In this document: positions 38,088-51,777 of the stretch, one piece after another
How positions within the stretch are numbered: the first letter of the stretch is position 1
Layout of the letters: each line of letters starts with the position of its first letter
DNA from: Psilocybe cubensis
Taxonomy: Eukaryota
Assembly: GCA_017499595.2 (NCBI GenBank)
Contig: CM038999.1
Location: 2,976,001-3,040,000, forward strand
Reading direction: 5' to 3'
Length of the DNA stretch: 64,000 bases
The notes under the pieces: model-generated
The model's input: only the letters and a program-made list of their open reading frames with translations
Told to the model about the DNA's origin: nothing
The model's database searches: none
Translations under genes and position numbers: made by a program

Positions 38088-38478
38088 TAAAATGTCTCTG
38101 AAGTTTGCGCGGTGGTTCCAATACAACGAGGTCGTCCTTGTTGGCGGAACAGATGGTGTTACGAAAAGGAAGCTCGAACGTCATGTGCATTGTAGATTTG
38201 ATGGTCACTTCTCGCCCAAGTGGATAAACCATCCAAGAAACAAGGTGGAGTACATGTCACATACACAGCCTCATCGACTACTTCGCCAACTTGGAGCTTT
38301 GCACTAGCTAATTTTAAGTTAGTTGTGTTAATCTCCAAGACTAGTGTGCTTATGTTGACAAGCCTTGACATTAAAGTGTGCGCAATTTCCTTTTCAATAT
38401 ATCGGCTAGCTTAATTAGTCGAATTACTACATCTGTCGATGATCAAGGAAGCGAGGCGAAAGGTGGACACCGGAGAGA

Positions 38479-39401
38479 CTACTTCAATAGCTCTTCATGG
38501 ACATTGAAATGCCTATTTACTGTTGGTCACTAGTTGTGCAGAAAAATATAAACCGATGGTAGCTTACCGTACTACATGGCCAACTTCATGGCAAGTTCCT
38601 GCTCCGTTTTCTTCCCATTTGACAATCCACCTTCCGAGAACTTCCCCCTTTGAGTCTCGAGTTTCAGCCACGGTTTCCTCTTCGCCAGGCGAAGGATGCA
38701 CATTGGTCCCAACGGCATCGGTCCGGCTTCGTGTAAGAGAGATTCGCTGTGCCAATTCCCATCTAGCCAAAGGCCTTCGCGTTTCGATCAAGAAAGAAGG
38801 GTCATATACCTGTATTTGATAGACATCAGCATTGCATTTCAGAGGGACATAAAAGGTTTTGAAGATCAACCTTCGTAAATCTGGGTTGCAGAGTCATCGT
38901 GTAAGTAGTCATTTCCACTTCCTCTGCGCAACCTACACCGTCAGGACGGAAACGATGCATCTCCGTCACATATGGTTTAGCACACCATGCTACAAGCGTT
39001 GTGCTCATGCCAGACGTCCCAACAGCAATCCCAGCAAGCGCAATACGAGCATTCAGCGGTAAAGCAGAGTCAACAATGAAGATAAAGGGCGACAGTGCCA
39101 GTGAAACACCAAATGACCCAAGTGAAAACAATTTTAGGCGATGGAAAGCTGATGTTAGTGGGCCATGGTAGACAAAGGGATCTTCTGTGACAGTATGTTT
39201 TGTGGACTCGGCCTCGGAAACTGAAACTGTGGCTTCTGCTGTGCGTGACGGAGAGTGGGAGAGGTGTCGGAGAAAAAGTTGATTTCTGTTGGCCGAGAGT
39301 ACGATGGTGGGGAACTTGGAGTAGGTGGAAGTCCGTAAGGCGGTTGATAGTTGTACACTGCGACAGACTCTAAAGTCTGCCGGTCGAAGTAGTGAATTCA
39401 T
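38479..39401 (-). CDS. TMEM70/TMEM186/TMEM223-like mitochondrial inner-membrane protein
   Basis: Arg/Ser-rich presequence-like N-terminus; YHGPLTSAFHRLKLFSL + two hydrophobic helices + KPYV; two introns; ends HFNVHEELLK*. Confidence 0.75.
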
Positions 39402-39566
39402 CGTCAATACCAACGCGAGTTAACAGTTAAAACACGAAAGGTCGTGACCGAGTAAGCACAGCAAGTACTCCAAACACAGTAAGTATTACCACATTCAGCA
39501 TGCGGCGGCGGCGAAACTTTGTCATTTGCTTCCTCATCCCATCACAGTCCTATTCCCGGTTTGTTC

Positions 39567-40341
39567 ATGGACCTGCCTATATACTACTCGAAGGCTGAAT
39601 TTATTGAGACTGTATGAAATATGAAGTAAAATCTCAATTTTTTGTTCCAATCTTCTATTTAGGACACAGGAAACAAAGTCTCGCGTCGCGCCACCATTGC
39701 TGGGCCGCAGAACATCATCCTTGGTGGCAAGACTATCATATCTAGCGGCGCAATTATCCGAGGAGACTTGAGGAGAACAGGTCCTGGTCATGCAGTTGTC
39801 ATATCTCTAGGACGATACTGCCTTGTAGGAGAAGGTTGCGTCATGAGGTATGCACAATCGATACGTAGTCGCTTTCTTCACTAAATAATTTAATTATGCC
39901 CCTTAGACCTCCATACAAAACATATCGAGGCAACTTCAACTACTATCCTATGAAAATAGGCGACCATGTTCACATTGGGGCTAATACTATTGTCGAAGCT
40001 GCTCAGATCGGCAACCATGTTGAAATAGGCAAGAACTGCGTGATTGTACGGTATTGCGCTTCTCTATGAATGAGATAGCTTATTATTGGTTTAGGGAAAG
40101 TTCACAATCATAAAAGACTGTGCAAGGATTGCAGACAACTCTATAATTCCTCCCAACACTGTCGTTCCTGCTTTGTCGTTATTTTCTGGCTCCCCAGGTT
40201 CGTGCCTGGCTACCGCAACGTCTCGCTTTCTGACCCGCCTTGACAGGGCGCTTCCAAGAAGACTTGCCAGAGTCTACTCAGGAAATGGTAGAGGCCCAAA
40301 CAAAGCAATATTATACACGCTTTCAGGCTTTGGACCAGTGA
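39567..40341 (+). CDS. DCTN5: Dynactin subunit 5 (p25), left-handed beta-helix
   Basis: Spliced MDLPIYYSKAEFIETDTGNKVSRRATIAGPQNIILGGKTII...IIRGDLRR...GRYC...RPPYK...YYPMKIGDHVHIG...EAAQIGNHVEIGKNCVIGKF; missed by the ORF track. Confidence 0.92.
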
Positions 40342-41722
40342 CGGAACCTGAAATAACACTAATTACATTCTTAACGAAGGTAACGGGTTAGTGGCCTCTT
40401 GTTTATTTATTTGACGTATCGACAAACATAATTCAGGAAGAACATTCTGAAAAAGTGATATGGTATTTGGTGTTCATCTCGTTCCGACATCTTTTCTACG
40501 AAAATGAGTTCTAGTCTCATTACGCTGCCGCTGCTATTCCATGCCCCTCTTTCAAGCAGTCACGACAACCAATAGAGAGTTGCAATTTACGCCGTAGGGG
40601 CCAATGGTGTGCCCGTTGGAGAAAATATCACAACGATATCATGCCACGGATATTAGGATCATTCATTTACCCAGTTTTTGCCCTTTTTCTTGTAGGGTCA
40701 ATGTCGAATCGATGCACTAGCCCTTCAAGCTTCATCAGTTCAATGATGCTCAAGCTTCTTTCTCTAGATCAATCCTTAGGATGTTAGACGTTGTGTAGTA
40801 GAAGGTAAAATTGATGGTAAATATGACCAATTCGAATGATTGCCAAATACTTGCCCTTTTTGGTGTATGAGGTGAAGTCTTGCTCAGTATCTTTTGTACC
40901 AACCTATGATGACCTGTGTAGGACAGGTGCCTTCTGCTGCTACACACCGGGTGGCTCTGTTGAGGGCTGTGTGGTAATCTCTTAAACAACAACGATATTC
41001 GATTTAGTTACAATTCTTCCTTCAAACAATCGATACTCTTTCCAACACATCCTCTGTCCGATGCCACATCAAATAACACGCACTTTTCTAGCTTTCTCTC
41101 AACCTCAGAGTCACGAGTGATTTCACACGACTACAGGATGGATCCAGGAGGCCCGAAGGAATACACTGAACGTTTGAATTCACGCTATTTATATTTGGAG
41201 AACACAGAAGGGCGTAGAGTTTTAACTTCAAAGGTGTTTCCTCGAAGATGTATCTAGCAGCATGTTAAACCAATGTCAAATACAATTTTTGTACTCCAGG
41301 ATTCTTTGATATCGTTCAGGTATAAGCGTTAACCAAACAAAACACAATTGCATCTACCAAGTACTGTGCTATAGTGGTACAAGCACTCATAAGCCAGACA
41401 CTCTGAACCAATATAACAGTCATTATATGCATAAAAAATCCTTTGCAATAGCGTGAAATATGTGATTACAATGCGTGGTAAATAATTAGTTACTTGAGTG
41501 GGGGTGCAACAAACTCTAAGAAGATGATAGTGTAGCAATACAAGATAGCAGAAGCAAGTACTTTTGACGAATATAAGTCAAGCATAAACAACGAGGGGAC
41601 ATCCATCAACCACCTGGACCAAAAGTGTACAGGCATCAAAGGACCAATGAAAGCGGAACGTCGTTGACGACTGGAAGGGGAAAGAGATCAACAACCAGAG
41701 GAAAGCTGGAGGAAGGTTTTTA

Positions 41723-44146
41723 TTAATCTTTCTTCTCTTCCTTGTTCTCAGAGGCAGGCTGCTCAGATGACGAATTCTCTGCAGCGCGCTTCTCGTAAAC
41801 CTTCTGGAAAAGGCCGAGGGAAGCGTTCTGTGTCTCGCCAATCTTTTCACGAATTTGGTCGGCAGTGATGGAAGCATCTCCAGATTGCCCCTTGGTGGCG
41901 AGTTCGCGCAGTTCGGTGACGAGCTTTGAAACCTTATCCTTCTCAGTAGCATCAAGTTGATCCTTGAATTCATTCATAGCTAGAAAAAGACGCGTTAGAA
42001 AGTCGCAGCAAAATGTCGTGTAGACATACCCTTTTCAGTGTCAGCACAGACAGAGTCAGCCTTGTTGGCCTCCTCAATCAAAGCACGGCGAGCCTTGTCA
42101 GCCTCTGCAAATTGCTCGGCATCCGAAACCATTTTCTCAATATCCTTGTCAGAGAGACCAGACGAGGAGGCAATCGTCATAGACTGATCCTTTCCAGTGG
42201 CCTTGTCCTTAGCAGAAACGTTAACGATACCATCTAGAAAAAAAATGAGTTTGTGACAAGTGATAAATCGTACGTTACGAACCGGCGTCAATGTCAAACG
42301 TGATCTCGATCTGAGGGACACCCTTGGGTGCGGGAGGGATACCGACGAGGTTGAAGTTGCCGAGGAGTTTGTTGTCACGAACGAGTTCACGTTCACCTTG
42401 GTAGATCTTGACTTCGATAGCGGTCTGACCGTCAGCAGCAGTAGAGAAGACTTGCGACTTCTTTGTTGGTATGGTAGTATTGCGGCTGATGAGTTTGGTC
42501 ATGATACCACCGAGAGTTTCGATACCTAAGGCAATGACATTGAGCATCGGGCGAAAGCCACATAATTGAATGAAAATTTACCGAGCGACAGAGGAGTAAC
42601 ATCCAAAAGCAAAATATCCGTCACGTTTCCGGCAAGAACACCACCTTGAATGGCGGCACCGATGGCCACAGCCTCATCAGGGTTGACACCCTTGCTAGGC
42701 TCACGACCGAAGATACTCTTGACGGTCTCGCCAACGCGTGGCATACGAGTCATACCACCGACGAGAATAACCTCGTTAATTTCATTAGCCTTGACACCAG
42801 CGTCACTAAGGGCCTTCTTGCAGGGCTCCACAGTGCGTTGAATAAGGGGGCCAACGAGAGACTCGAATTGAGAACGCATGAGCTTGGTGTTGATATGCTT
42901 GGGACCAGCAGCATCTGCAGTAATGAAGGGAAGATTGATCTCGGTTTGCGAAGTCGAGGACAGTTCAATCTTGGCCTTCTCAGCAGCCTCACGAACACGT
43001 TGAATGGCCATTTGGTCGCCGCGAAGATCAACACCGGTCTCTTTCTTGAACTCATTCAAGATATGTTCCACCAGAACGATGTCGAAATCTTCACCACCAA
43101 GATGAGTATCACCATTGGTAGACTTGACCTCGAAAACACCCTTCTGCATTTCAAGGATAGAGATATCAAAAGTGCCACCTCCAAGATCATAGACGGCAAT
43201 CACAGCATTATCTGCGCGGTCGAGACCGTAAGCAAGAGCGGCAGCAGTGGGCTCATTGATGACGCGAAGAACTTCAAGTCCAGCAATCTGACCAGCGTTT
43301 TTGGTAGCTTGACGCTGGGCATCGTTGAAATAAGCAGGAACAGTAACGACAGCATGGCTACAATAAATTGTGAGATATAATTCAGGGTGAGGCACAAAAG
43401 GAACAACTTACTTGACCTTCTTGTTCAGGAACTGTTCAGCGGTTTCCTTCATCTTGGATAGAACCATTGAAGACAGTTCTTCGGCAGCCTATGTATCATA
43501 CATTGAGGATCCACAACAAGAATAGAAAAGATCACAGTGAACGTACAAATTCTTGCTTTTTTCCTCCATTGTCAACCTGGACAGCAGGGCGGCCATCGGA
43601 CTTTGGGACGAGAGTGAATGGCCTGAGGACGGAAAAAGACTGTGAAGGAGTCGCGGTGGAGCGTGAGAAATAAAATTTACCAGTGACGCATATCATCCTG
43701 GACTTCCTTATCCTTGAATTGGCGACCAATCAAGCGCTTGAAAGCAAAAACGGTATTAGCTGAGTTAACAACAGCCTGTCGCTTTGCTGGCAGACCAACG
43801 AGGCGTTCGCCATGCTTGGTGAACGCGACCACTGAAGGCGTCGTTCGGGCACCCTCGGCGTTTTCGATGACACGGGCAGTCTTTCCCTCCATGACGGCTA
43901 CACATGAGTTTGTGGTACCCAAGTCAATACCAATGACAGGGCCTGAAAAGAAACATAGTTGAGAATTGGTTGAAGCATACGTGTCTTGCAATTTTACCAT
44001 TGACTTTTGAGTTCATGTTTCGTACAATCATGCTGCGGGTAAGACCCTGAATAGTGAAATAAGCAAAGGGACGATACATTTAATGTCGGAGAACTTACAG
44101 CATACTGGGTCGCCCGAGATGAGGAAGACAGCCTAGCTGACAACAT
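41723..44146 (-). CDS. SSC1: Mitochondrial Hsp70
   Basis: Presequence [81 protein letters not shown]. Confidence 0.96.
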
Positions 44147-44491
44147 GGTGGTTGATGGTTGGAAAATAAGAAAGGTGAACTCCGTCACGAACTTTTTTTT
44201 CCAGTTATGTACCTGGTTTGCCGACCGGTCTTTACCGATCATTCCAGAAACATCCACGTAATTACGCCGGCGTTCCGGATGCAATGCTATAATTACATAA
44301 TATTTAGTTAAGTCAACTTTGCAAATTTTTTTTGCCAAGGTTAAGCTATCCAACCCCATCCGGTTCATAGTTGACCGACTGCCGACTTGAGAGGCAAAGG
44401 CCCCTATTAATAGCGGCTATACCTTATTATGAACTTCTCATCGCAAGTCTCTCCCTCCTACTCTTCCCCTCTCCCATATACTTAAACTGAA

Positions 44492-45993
44492 ATGTCAGGT
44501 GCTTCTCCTAAGATTGGTGGCGAATATGGAGACATAAGAGCTGCAATTGATATAGAAAATCTCAATGCATACCTTTCCAAGCATACCAATATCAAAACAC
44601 CCGTGGAAGTGAAGCAGTTCAAGGTGCTTATATCATTGGTGGTTGCCTCACTATACTGACAACATTGACATATAGTTCGGCCAGGTAACAATTCTTTTCT
44701 CGTTTGTGGGAGATTACTGCAGGCACTTAAATACGCACTGTAGTCCAATCCTACATACTTCCTTACAGATGCAGCGTGAGTTGAAGTTTGGCTATTGTTA
44801 ACGTATGGACATATTCACCCGAATGTAAATCCAGTAAAACGCGCTTTGTCCTGCGAAAAAAGCCAGCGGGACAGCTTCTATCTCAAACAGCTCATCAAGT
44901 CGAGAGAGAATATGCCATGTTGGCCGCTCTGCACAGGTACAACATCAAACCCACCACACCACCATCGAAACGTGTGCCAGTTCCCGAGCCTATCATTCTC
45001 TGCGAAGACAGCTCCGTTGTCGGTACACCATTCTACATCATGGAATTTCTGGACGGTCGCATTTTCACAGATACAAAAATGTTAGAAGTGTCTCCCAAGG
45101 ACAGACGCGAATGGTAAATATACGTGTTGTGTGGATTACAAGTCTGTTTACTAATATTAATGAAGTTGGTTATCCGCTATCAGTGCACTTGCTTCTCTCG
45201 GTGCAGTATCCCCATCTGAAGTAGGACTATCCAACTTTGGGCCTTCGACACCCTACTTTCCTCGTCAAATCAAGTCGCTTTCTCGAGTATCGGCTGCGCA
45301 AGCCGAGGCTGTTGATGTAGAATCCGGAAAGAAAACCGGGGACATTCCCTTCTTCCATGAATTAATCGCATGGTACAAACAAAACCTCCCTGATGAATCC
45401 AAGACAGGCCTGCGTATTGTCCATGGAGACTATAAATTAGACAATCTTATCTTCCACCCTACGGAAAATAGAGTCATTGGTATTCTAGACTGGGAATTAT
45501 GTACTTTGGGAAGCCCAGTACGTCTCTATCTGTCTATCCTTCGTATCATTATCTCAATTGAAACCTAAAACAGCTCGCTGATCTCGGAAACTTGACTATG
45601 CCTTGGTCAGTCGATAGCAACAACATTCCCGAGCAAGGAAGATTCTTCATGCATGGATTCAAAAATACTACCAAAGATGTGCCGATATCCCTCGAAGACC
45701 TGGAGCGGGAATACTGTCGTTTGAGTAACCGACCCTACCCCATTGACGAGATGATTTTTGTTAGGAGCTGGATGCTTTTTAGAGTAAGATTTAGTTCATG
45801 GAATATATGCTGTTGTTTTGACCTTTTTTAGTTATCGGTCATTTCCCAAGGCATTGCAGCTCGTTATGCGCGACGACAAGCAAGCTCAGAAAGAGCGCAT
45901 CTACATGTCTTTGGTTTCCCGATGTTCGGTGGACTAGCAAAACAAGTGTTGGAGGACGAGGGTATAATTTTAAACACAGCATCGAAGATGTGA
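44492..45993 (+). CDS. APH/choline-kinase-like phosphotransferase (ACAD10/11 N-terminal-like), PTS1-like C-terminus
   Basis: QFK-FGQ-SNPTY (9-nt micro-exon 44676-44684), [49 protein letters not shown]; ends -ASKM*. Confidence 0.88.
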
Positions 45994-46171
45994 CATCGCT
46001 GAACATTAACTACATACAAACAACATCTATACCGTAATATATTGATAAACTTCCAACGTCGAACGACAACATTATATGTACGTTTAGTAGTAAAATGTAC
46101 GGCTGTCAAACCATTAAAACAAAACAAAATATGAGTAAGGTTAATAGTGCGTGTGTGTTTGCGGTGTGGGC

Positions 46172-49100
46172 CTATGACAGTTCACGTTGGCGCTCTCCTG
46201 AGCTAGATCGTTTCCAGAGGTGAAACAAGGACAGCTTCGACCTTTGTTTTCTGGGTGCGCGATTTTCGCCAGAAGTGGACGTCCCAGCTTCACTTGATGT
46301 CCCCTCCGACGACTCTACAGAAGCTTTAGTGTACAATGTATGCGTCTGCCTCCCAGGCGTTGCAGTCAAAAAGTTTATGACAACAGCCCACAAATTATTG
46401 CCGCTGAAAGTCTGGTCCCCACTCAGAACAGCTTTATCTGCGATATCCGCAAGCTTCTGGGCTTCTTCAGTATCCCTTCTGGAGACAATGCTGCTAGGCG
46501 GTGGGTATTCTCCGTCCAAGGCCCATGCCCACCCCCAACCGGGTGATGCCAGTACGTTCTCTCTTAAAACTTTCTTATTGCCATTTACAGCCGCAGCACC
46601 GTCTCGCCGTATTGATTGTTTGAGAATACCCAATTTTTTGATAGTATCCGTTTTAGCCCTCTCAAGGTTGCGTCGACGTTGCTTTTCAACTGCTTTGTAA
46701 ACCTTGGCAAACTTTTTCTCGAACAAAGCACGCTCCTTGAAAAAACGAGTGGTGGTTTTCTCTCCAAATATTCCGATGCGTTCAGGTGGCATTTGAATAG
46801 CGTCCAGCTCCGTTTCAGGTTCGAGAGGTCGAGATATTCCTGCAGTAGATATTCGTTCGCGGATCATCCGACATTCCCAGGAATGAATATCCTGAAAATG
46901 AAACTCTCAGGCTACAATGAATTAACGAAGATATACGACTTACCTTGATGCCCTGATAAACTGCCATATCGCCTGCGAAAAGTTCCTCTGTTGCAGGGGT
47001 TATGGAGTGGGCGGGGGATGTCTGGAATCTATGGCCTCCAACATCGCTTGAGGTGACCGACCCTCTGCTAGTGGGGGAACCAACATCTCTAGAAAGTGTC
47101 TGATTCCGCGCAGAAGTTTCTGAAGATGTTACAATCATGCCTGGAGAAGACGTCTGCCGCCGAAGAATGCTTCCAGCTCGAGACAGATGTGAAGAAAATG
47201 AACGTTGAAGAACAGGTTTGACACCTTTCGGTTGCGCAGGCCCTTTATCCTCAGGCGGATCAGCAAAAGCTGTCCCGTTCACAACGAGAGCAGGAACATA
47301 TTGCTCTTTCTCGTGACGGCGGGGGGTAGATTTAAAACCAGCGAATAGACTCTGACGCCGCGAAATAGGCGGCGGTGTTGGCGTTGGGCTATTGCTGCTG
47401 GAGGAAGAAGGTACAGTCGCCAGTCCCGTTACAAACTTCGAAAAGCTTGCGATACCGCGGAAGCAGAATTTGGCAGGGGTAGTGAACGAGAACAAGACGG
47501 GTAAAATATGAGGGCTGTCTGTGGAGTTATCAGAGCATGTTCGAGCACAGGTGATACCGAGTGTTTGCATACCGTCGTACACTTGTAGATGGACCGATGT
47601 CGCTTTATACCTTTTCTCGACACCATCTAGATGTGGGCACAAATCTCGTGTACGATCCTGTACCGGAAATTTTTCAGGATAGGCAGCCTTGTGAGCACTG
47701 AAGAATTCATGAGCAACAAAATACTAGGTTAGGAATCTGAAAGCATACGTGTAAATAATCTCGTCCCGGAGGACCTCCTTATCGCCTGCAATGAATAGTA
47801 AAGGAGGAAGACCACCGAGATACGCCATTACCGGACTGACCAACGGATGGCCCAGCATGCTATTTCTAGCATAAAATTGTAGTTGTTGGGTTACTTCAAT
47901 CGTTTCACCAGATTCTGTTTGCAATATAACCTTCTCAGGGTCGAAGAGGGCCTTCGAAGGTGCTACTGGAGTGACTGGAGCATCGCCCTGAGCTTCAGAG
48001 AATGTTGATTCTTGCGTTTGCCGAGCCGATTCATCGGATTTGAATGCTTGACGTATTCGAAAACGTAGAGAAGCGTGCACCCGGTTTGATAGATCTTCTG
48101 AAGGTGGTGGCCAGAGAAGACTTGGTTTGTGGAAAGAAAGGCCGGAATCGGGTATAATGTCCTGCTGTATTTTTGAGCTGGTCAGCTCTTCAATAAAAGG
48201 AATGCGACGAACCGTCTGTGTATTGATGTGGACACTAGGAAAGGAATGGGTAAGGTCGCACCATGGAGATATAAGAACTCCTCCAGCAGGTGCTGGTAAA
48301 CCAGTGTCACGAATCACCTGCAGAAGAGCAAGCGACAAGCCTCCTCCTGCGGAATCACCTGATATAATTATATGACCAGGGTCAACAGCACGATGAGCAG
48401 AACCAGCCGGAGGTCTTATAAGATATAGATCTAATATTGCTTAAGTGAGCGAGGCAAAAACAAGTATTTTTGATAGAAGACATACATGCAGCCAGAGCAT
48501 CTTGAAGTCCACAGGGGAATGGGTACTGTGGCGCTAGTCTATAATTGATAGCTAATTGGAAGGTCAAGATCCAATTGCTTTGTAACACACTATTGACATA
48601 CCGAAAACCCGACCATTGATTTTGCGAGCAAAACGTTGTATACTGTATCTGTTGTTGCAATATTGTTAAGATCTCGGGTGTGTTGATATCTTATGAGACA
48701 AACCTTTCCTGATCCACACTTCCAAAATAGTAACCCCCTGAAGATGTGCATGGGTAAAAAAAAAACAAAAGATTTCTGAGAAATTAATTACCTCCATGAA
48801 GATATAAAATACACCGCATCTCATCCATGTTCTTTTCATATGTTCCCTCATTCTTGTCCTGGTCTTCGCCTTCTGGCGTTGACGAAGAAAAGGCCCCGTC
48901 CGTTGGGGATGATGAATCCGGGAAAACATCACCAACAGGTGATGATGGATTCAATGGACCGTTTTTCTTGCTCTGTTGCTGCCGCTTCTTGTGTCTTCGC
49001 TTAGCATCTTGCCAATCCTTTCTGGCAGTTAACCACTGAGCATCAACACTAGAGTTGGATCAACACAGTGTGGTGTTATTAACAAGGAGAACGCACCCAT

Positions 49101-49661
49101 TGACTCCACGAACTTGCCACCATTTGACACCCCCGACTAGACGTTGCGCAACATCTTCACCTCCGAGGGCAGTGATCAGATATGGCGCAGCGTCTTCGCA
49201 GCAAGACATGGGAACGAGCACTCTGACCATGTGGGTCCATGGCGGTGACGGGGTTCGTGTATTCGAGAAAGCTAAATTATGACAAGGACCACTGCTGGTA
49301 AGATATCATTTATAACTCGCGATCAGACCCCTCACCCTGAAGTTCCTCGATGGTATGGCTATAGATATGTGGTTAGAGTGATGGTATCGCAATAATTCAA
49401 ATGACTTTCTCACAAACTAGAGGCATTTAAAAAAGACTGCCGTTCGAATTTAATAAATACCACAAATGCGAACTGCAAGAAACTGACCTTAACAATTGTA
49501 AAAGCCTCGTGATACAAGACATCATCCTGCTTCAAATTACCCTCCAGCCCTGCACTGTCCGCATCGCCTTTGAGTCGGTCGAAGTAGTGTTTGACGAGAA
49601 CCTCCAAGATGACGGGCCCGACCTTCAGGGATACCTCACGAGTTAAAGAATTGGCAAACAT
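46172..49661 (-). CDS. Alpha/beta-hydrolase (HSL-like lipase/esterase) with long C-terminal extension
   Basis: WWQVRGVNGVDAQW, LYLHGGGYYFGS, NYRLAPQYPFP, GDSAGGGL nucleophile elbow, ISPWCDL, GGLPPLLFIAGDKEVLRDE. Confidence 0.88.
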
Positions 49662-50209
49662 GGCAGACTTAAGACTAGTAGGGAGTTATGGAGTGAGAAC
49701 GTTGACCATCAGCTAGCATTAGGCGCGCCGAGGTGATGACTGTGATATATATATAATAGAGCAGAGAGTGTTTCGTCGCAATCGAATGCCTTGACCCATG
49801 CGGGACGGAAAAGAGGTAACTGAAGTTGGGCCTCCAGGTCCGATCAAAACTCAATGGAATTAGACAAATGATCACTTGGCTTTGAAGGCGATGATATTAC
49901 TGTTCAGCGTTCATTCACTTTGTAATGCTGACATGAAAAATGCTCGACATAAACTATCTCCCCCTTCATTTCCTGATAATAAGCACTCTGAGTTACTTCA
50001 AATTTTGAGCTTACAATTTGATTGCTGCATGTATGTAAGCCATTTATTTTGAAAATTAATATTATGCTGCCATTTCCGATTTTCGCATGTTCTCCGATTG
50101 ACTGTGTCGATCAGATTTAGATGTAGTTACATTTTACCAGCTTACATCGCGTTACAACGGACTATGATACATCACATAAAGGCGGCCAAGCTCATTGCCT
50201 GAGATGTTT

Positions 50210-51157
50210 TCATGGAATTACTCCCCCTGCCCGGATGGCCTTCGCAGCGACACTTTGTGCCTCATCGCGGAGGTAGCGCCCGTAAATTTCAACTGTATGT
50301 TCTCGGAGCTGGACAAAGCGATCTTCACGTCAGCAACAACCTCAAAAATATAGAAACGGGCCGCCCCTTACACTTGTTGTTTTCACTACACTGTCCCTTT
50401 TCTCCACCAATTCAGAGTATGCTTTCCAGCCTGGACTGACATCCTCTCTCTTAAATCCTCGATGCTCTTGGACTACCCAGTCTCGCACAATCCAGGGTGC
50501 AATGGCTACATCCACAATGCTAAACTCCTCGCCGAAGAAGTACGGCCCCTTTATGTTGTCCGCCAACTTCTTGAGCGACGCATAAGTGTCCTGCAGAGCT
50601 TGATGCTGTTTCTCCGGGTCTTGAAGTTGAAGAAGCCGGTGATGAGCTGGGATGAACGTTTTGCTGATATGGTCCAGCCATATTCGCGCAACCGCTCGAT
50701 CGACAGGGTCATTCGGGAGCAGATTTGGTTTGTGAGAAGGATATGCATCCTCAAAAAATTCACACAAGACTAGAGACTCGTACAGTGCTCGTCCTTTGTA
50801 TTCGGCAGCAGGAACGAGACCTTTGGGATTTAATGCTTGAGGAATACTCCATTCAGCATTTCAATATATATATTCCTTCAGTTTTCGTACCTAGAAAGTG
50901 TGCCTCTTTTTTGTACGGATTAACCTCCTTGTACTGGTATGGGATGTCCTTCTCCTCCAACGTAATCCAGGCGCGCTGTACATACGGGCAAAACTGGAAT
51001 ATGTTTGTTAGTTGCTCAATTATCAATCTTCTGTGTATATGACCCATATTACCCATCCACTGTAAAAAATCAAATCCTGGGGTTCTTGGTGTTTCGCCAC
51101 AGTTTCTGCAGCAGCAGCAGTAGCATGAGGGAAGATCTGTTCATCTGGAATGCCCAT
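50210..51157 (-). CDS. Glutathione S-transferase (Cys-containing, omega-like)
   Basis: FYSGW/FCPYVQRAWITLEEK, INPKGLVP, LYESLVLCEFFED, GPYFFGEEFSIVDVAIAPW. Confidence 0.9.
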
Positions 51158-51777
51158 GGTAAAGCGTAGCGGGAGGTTGGGAACATTCTACAAAAAATTC
51201 TCAGCTTTATCTATGATTTATCGAGATATGGCGTCAATTTCCCTGGAAGACTATGAATAACGTTTTGGTACCACTCCTACCAGAAAATGAGACTCGTGGG
51301 GGTGTTGTACGGTGTATTTTGAGCCACCAGGAATTTATTTTATTGTTGGAACCTCATGACAAGATTATCGAAAATATGACATCTATATTGGTGTTGATAC
51401 AGATTCCGGATATAATAATTTTGGGTTCAATGACAAAGTAAGAAGGTTGAAAACACCCATTGAAAAGAAAGAAGTAAGGTGTCAACAAAATGATTAAAAT
51501 GTAGTAAAATCTAGCTAGAGTCCGATGTCGTAAAGAAAATAGCTCGAAGATCGTAGTTGAGAATGGCGTGTAGTGGAGGATGCATTCTGACCATCAGAGA
51601 TAGAAAGTATCGCAAGTAGAGAAAAAAAGGTGCACAGGATGAAGGTATGACAAAGTTTGCACACGACGGGTTCAGATACATGGCGTCGTCGAAGAATAGG
51701 ATCACAAGCATATCAGAAAAATGCACTCGATGACAGATAAACATTGCTTAAGCATCGGTGCATTCGAATCTCACATT

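Noticed and set aside
38092-38307. 71-aa ORF starting just after the MITE
   Set aside because: No recognisable motif or splice structure; likely spurious.
42646-43380. 244-aa ORF antisense to Hsp70
   Set aside because: Long antisense ORFs are a known by-product of codon bias in hsp70 genes; no independent gene signals.
44492-51157. PTS1-bearing phosphotransferase, esterase and GST as an extension of the central cluster
   Set aside because: Separated from it by three housekeeping genes and no shared motif seen.
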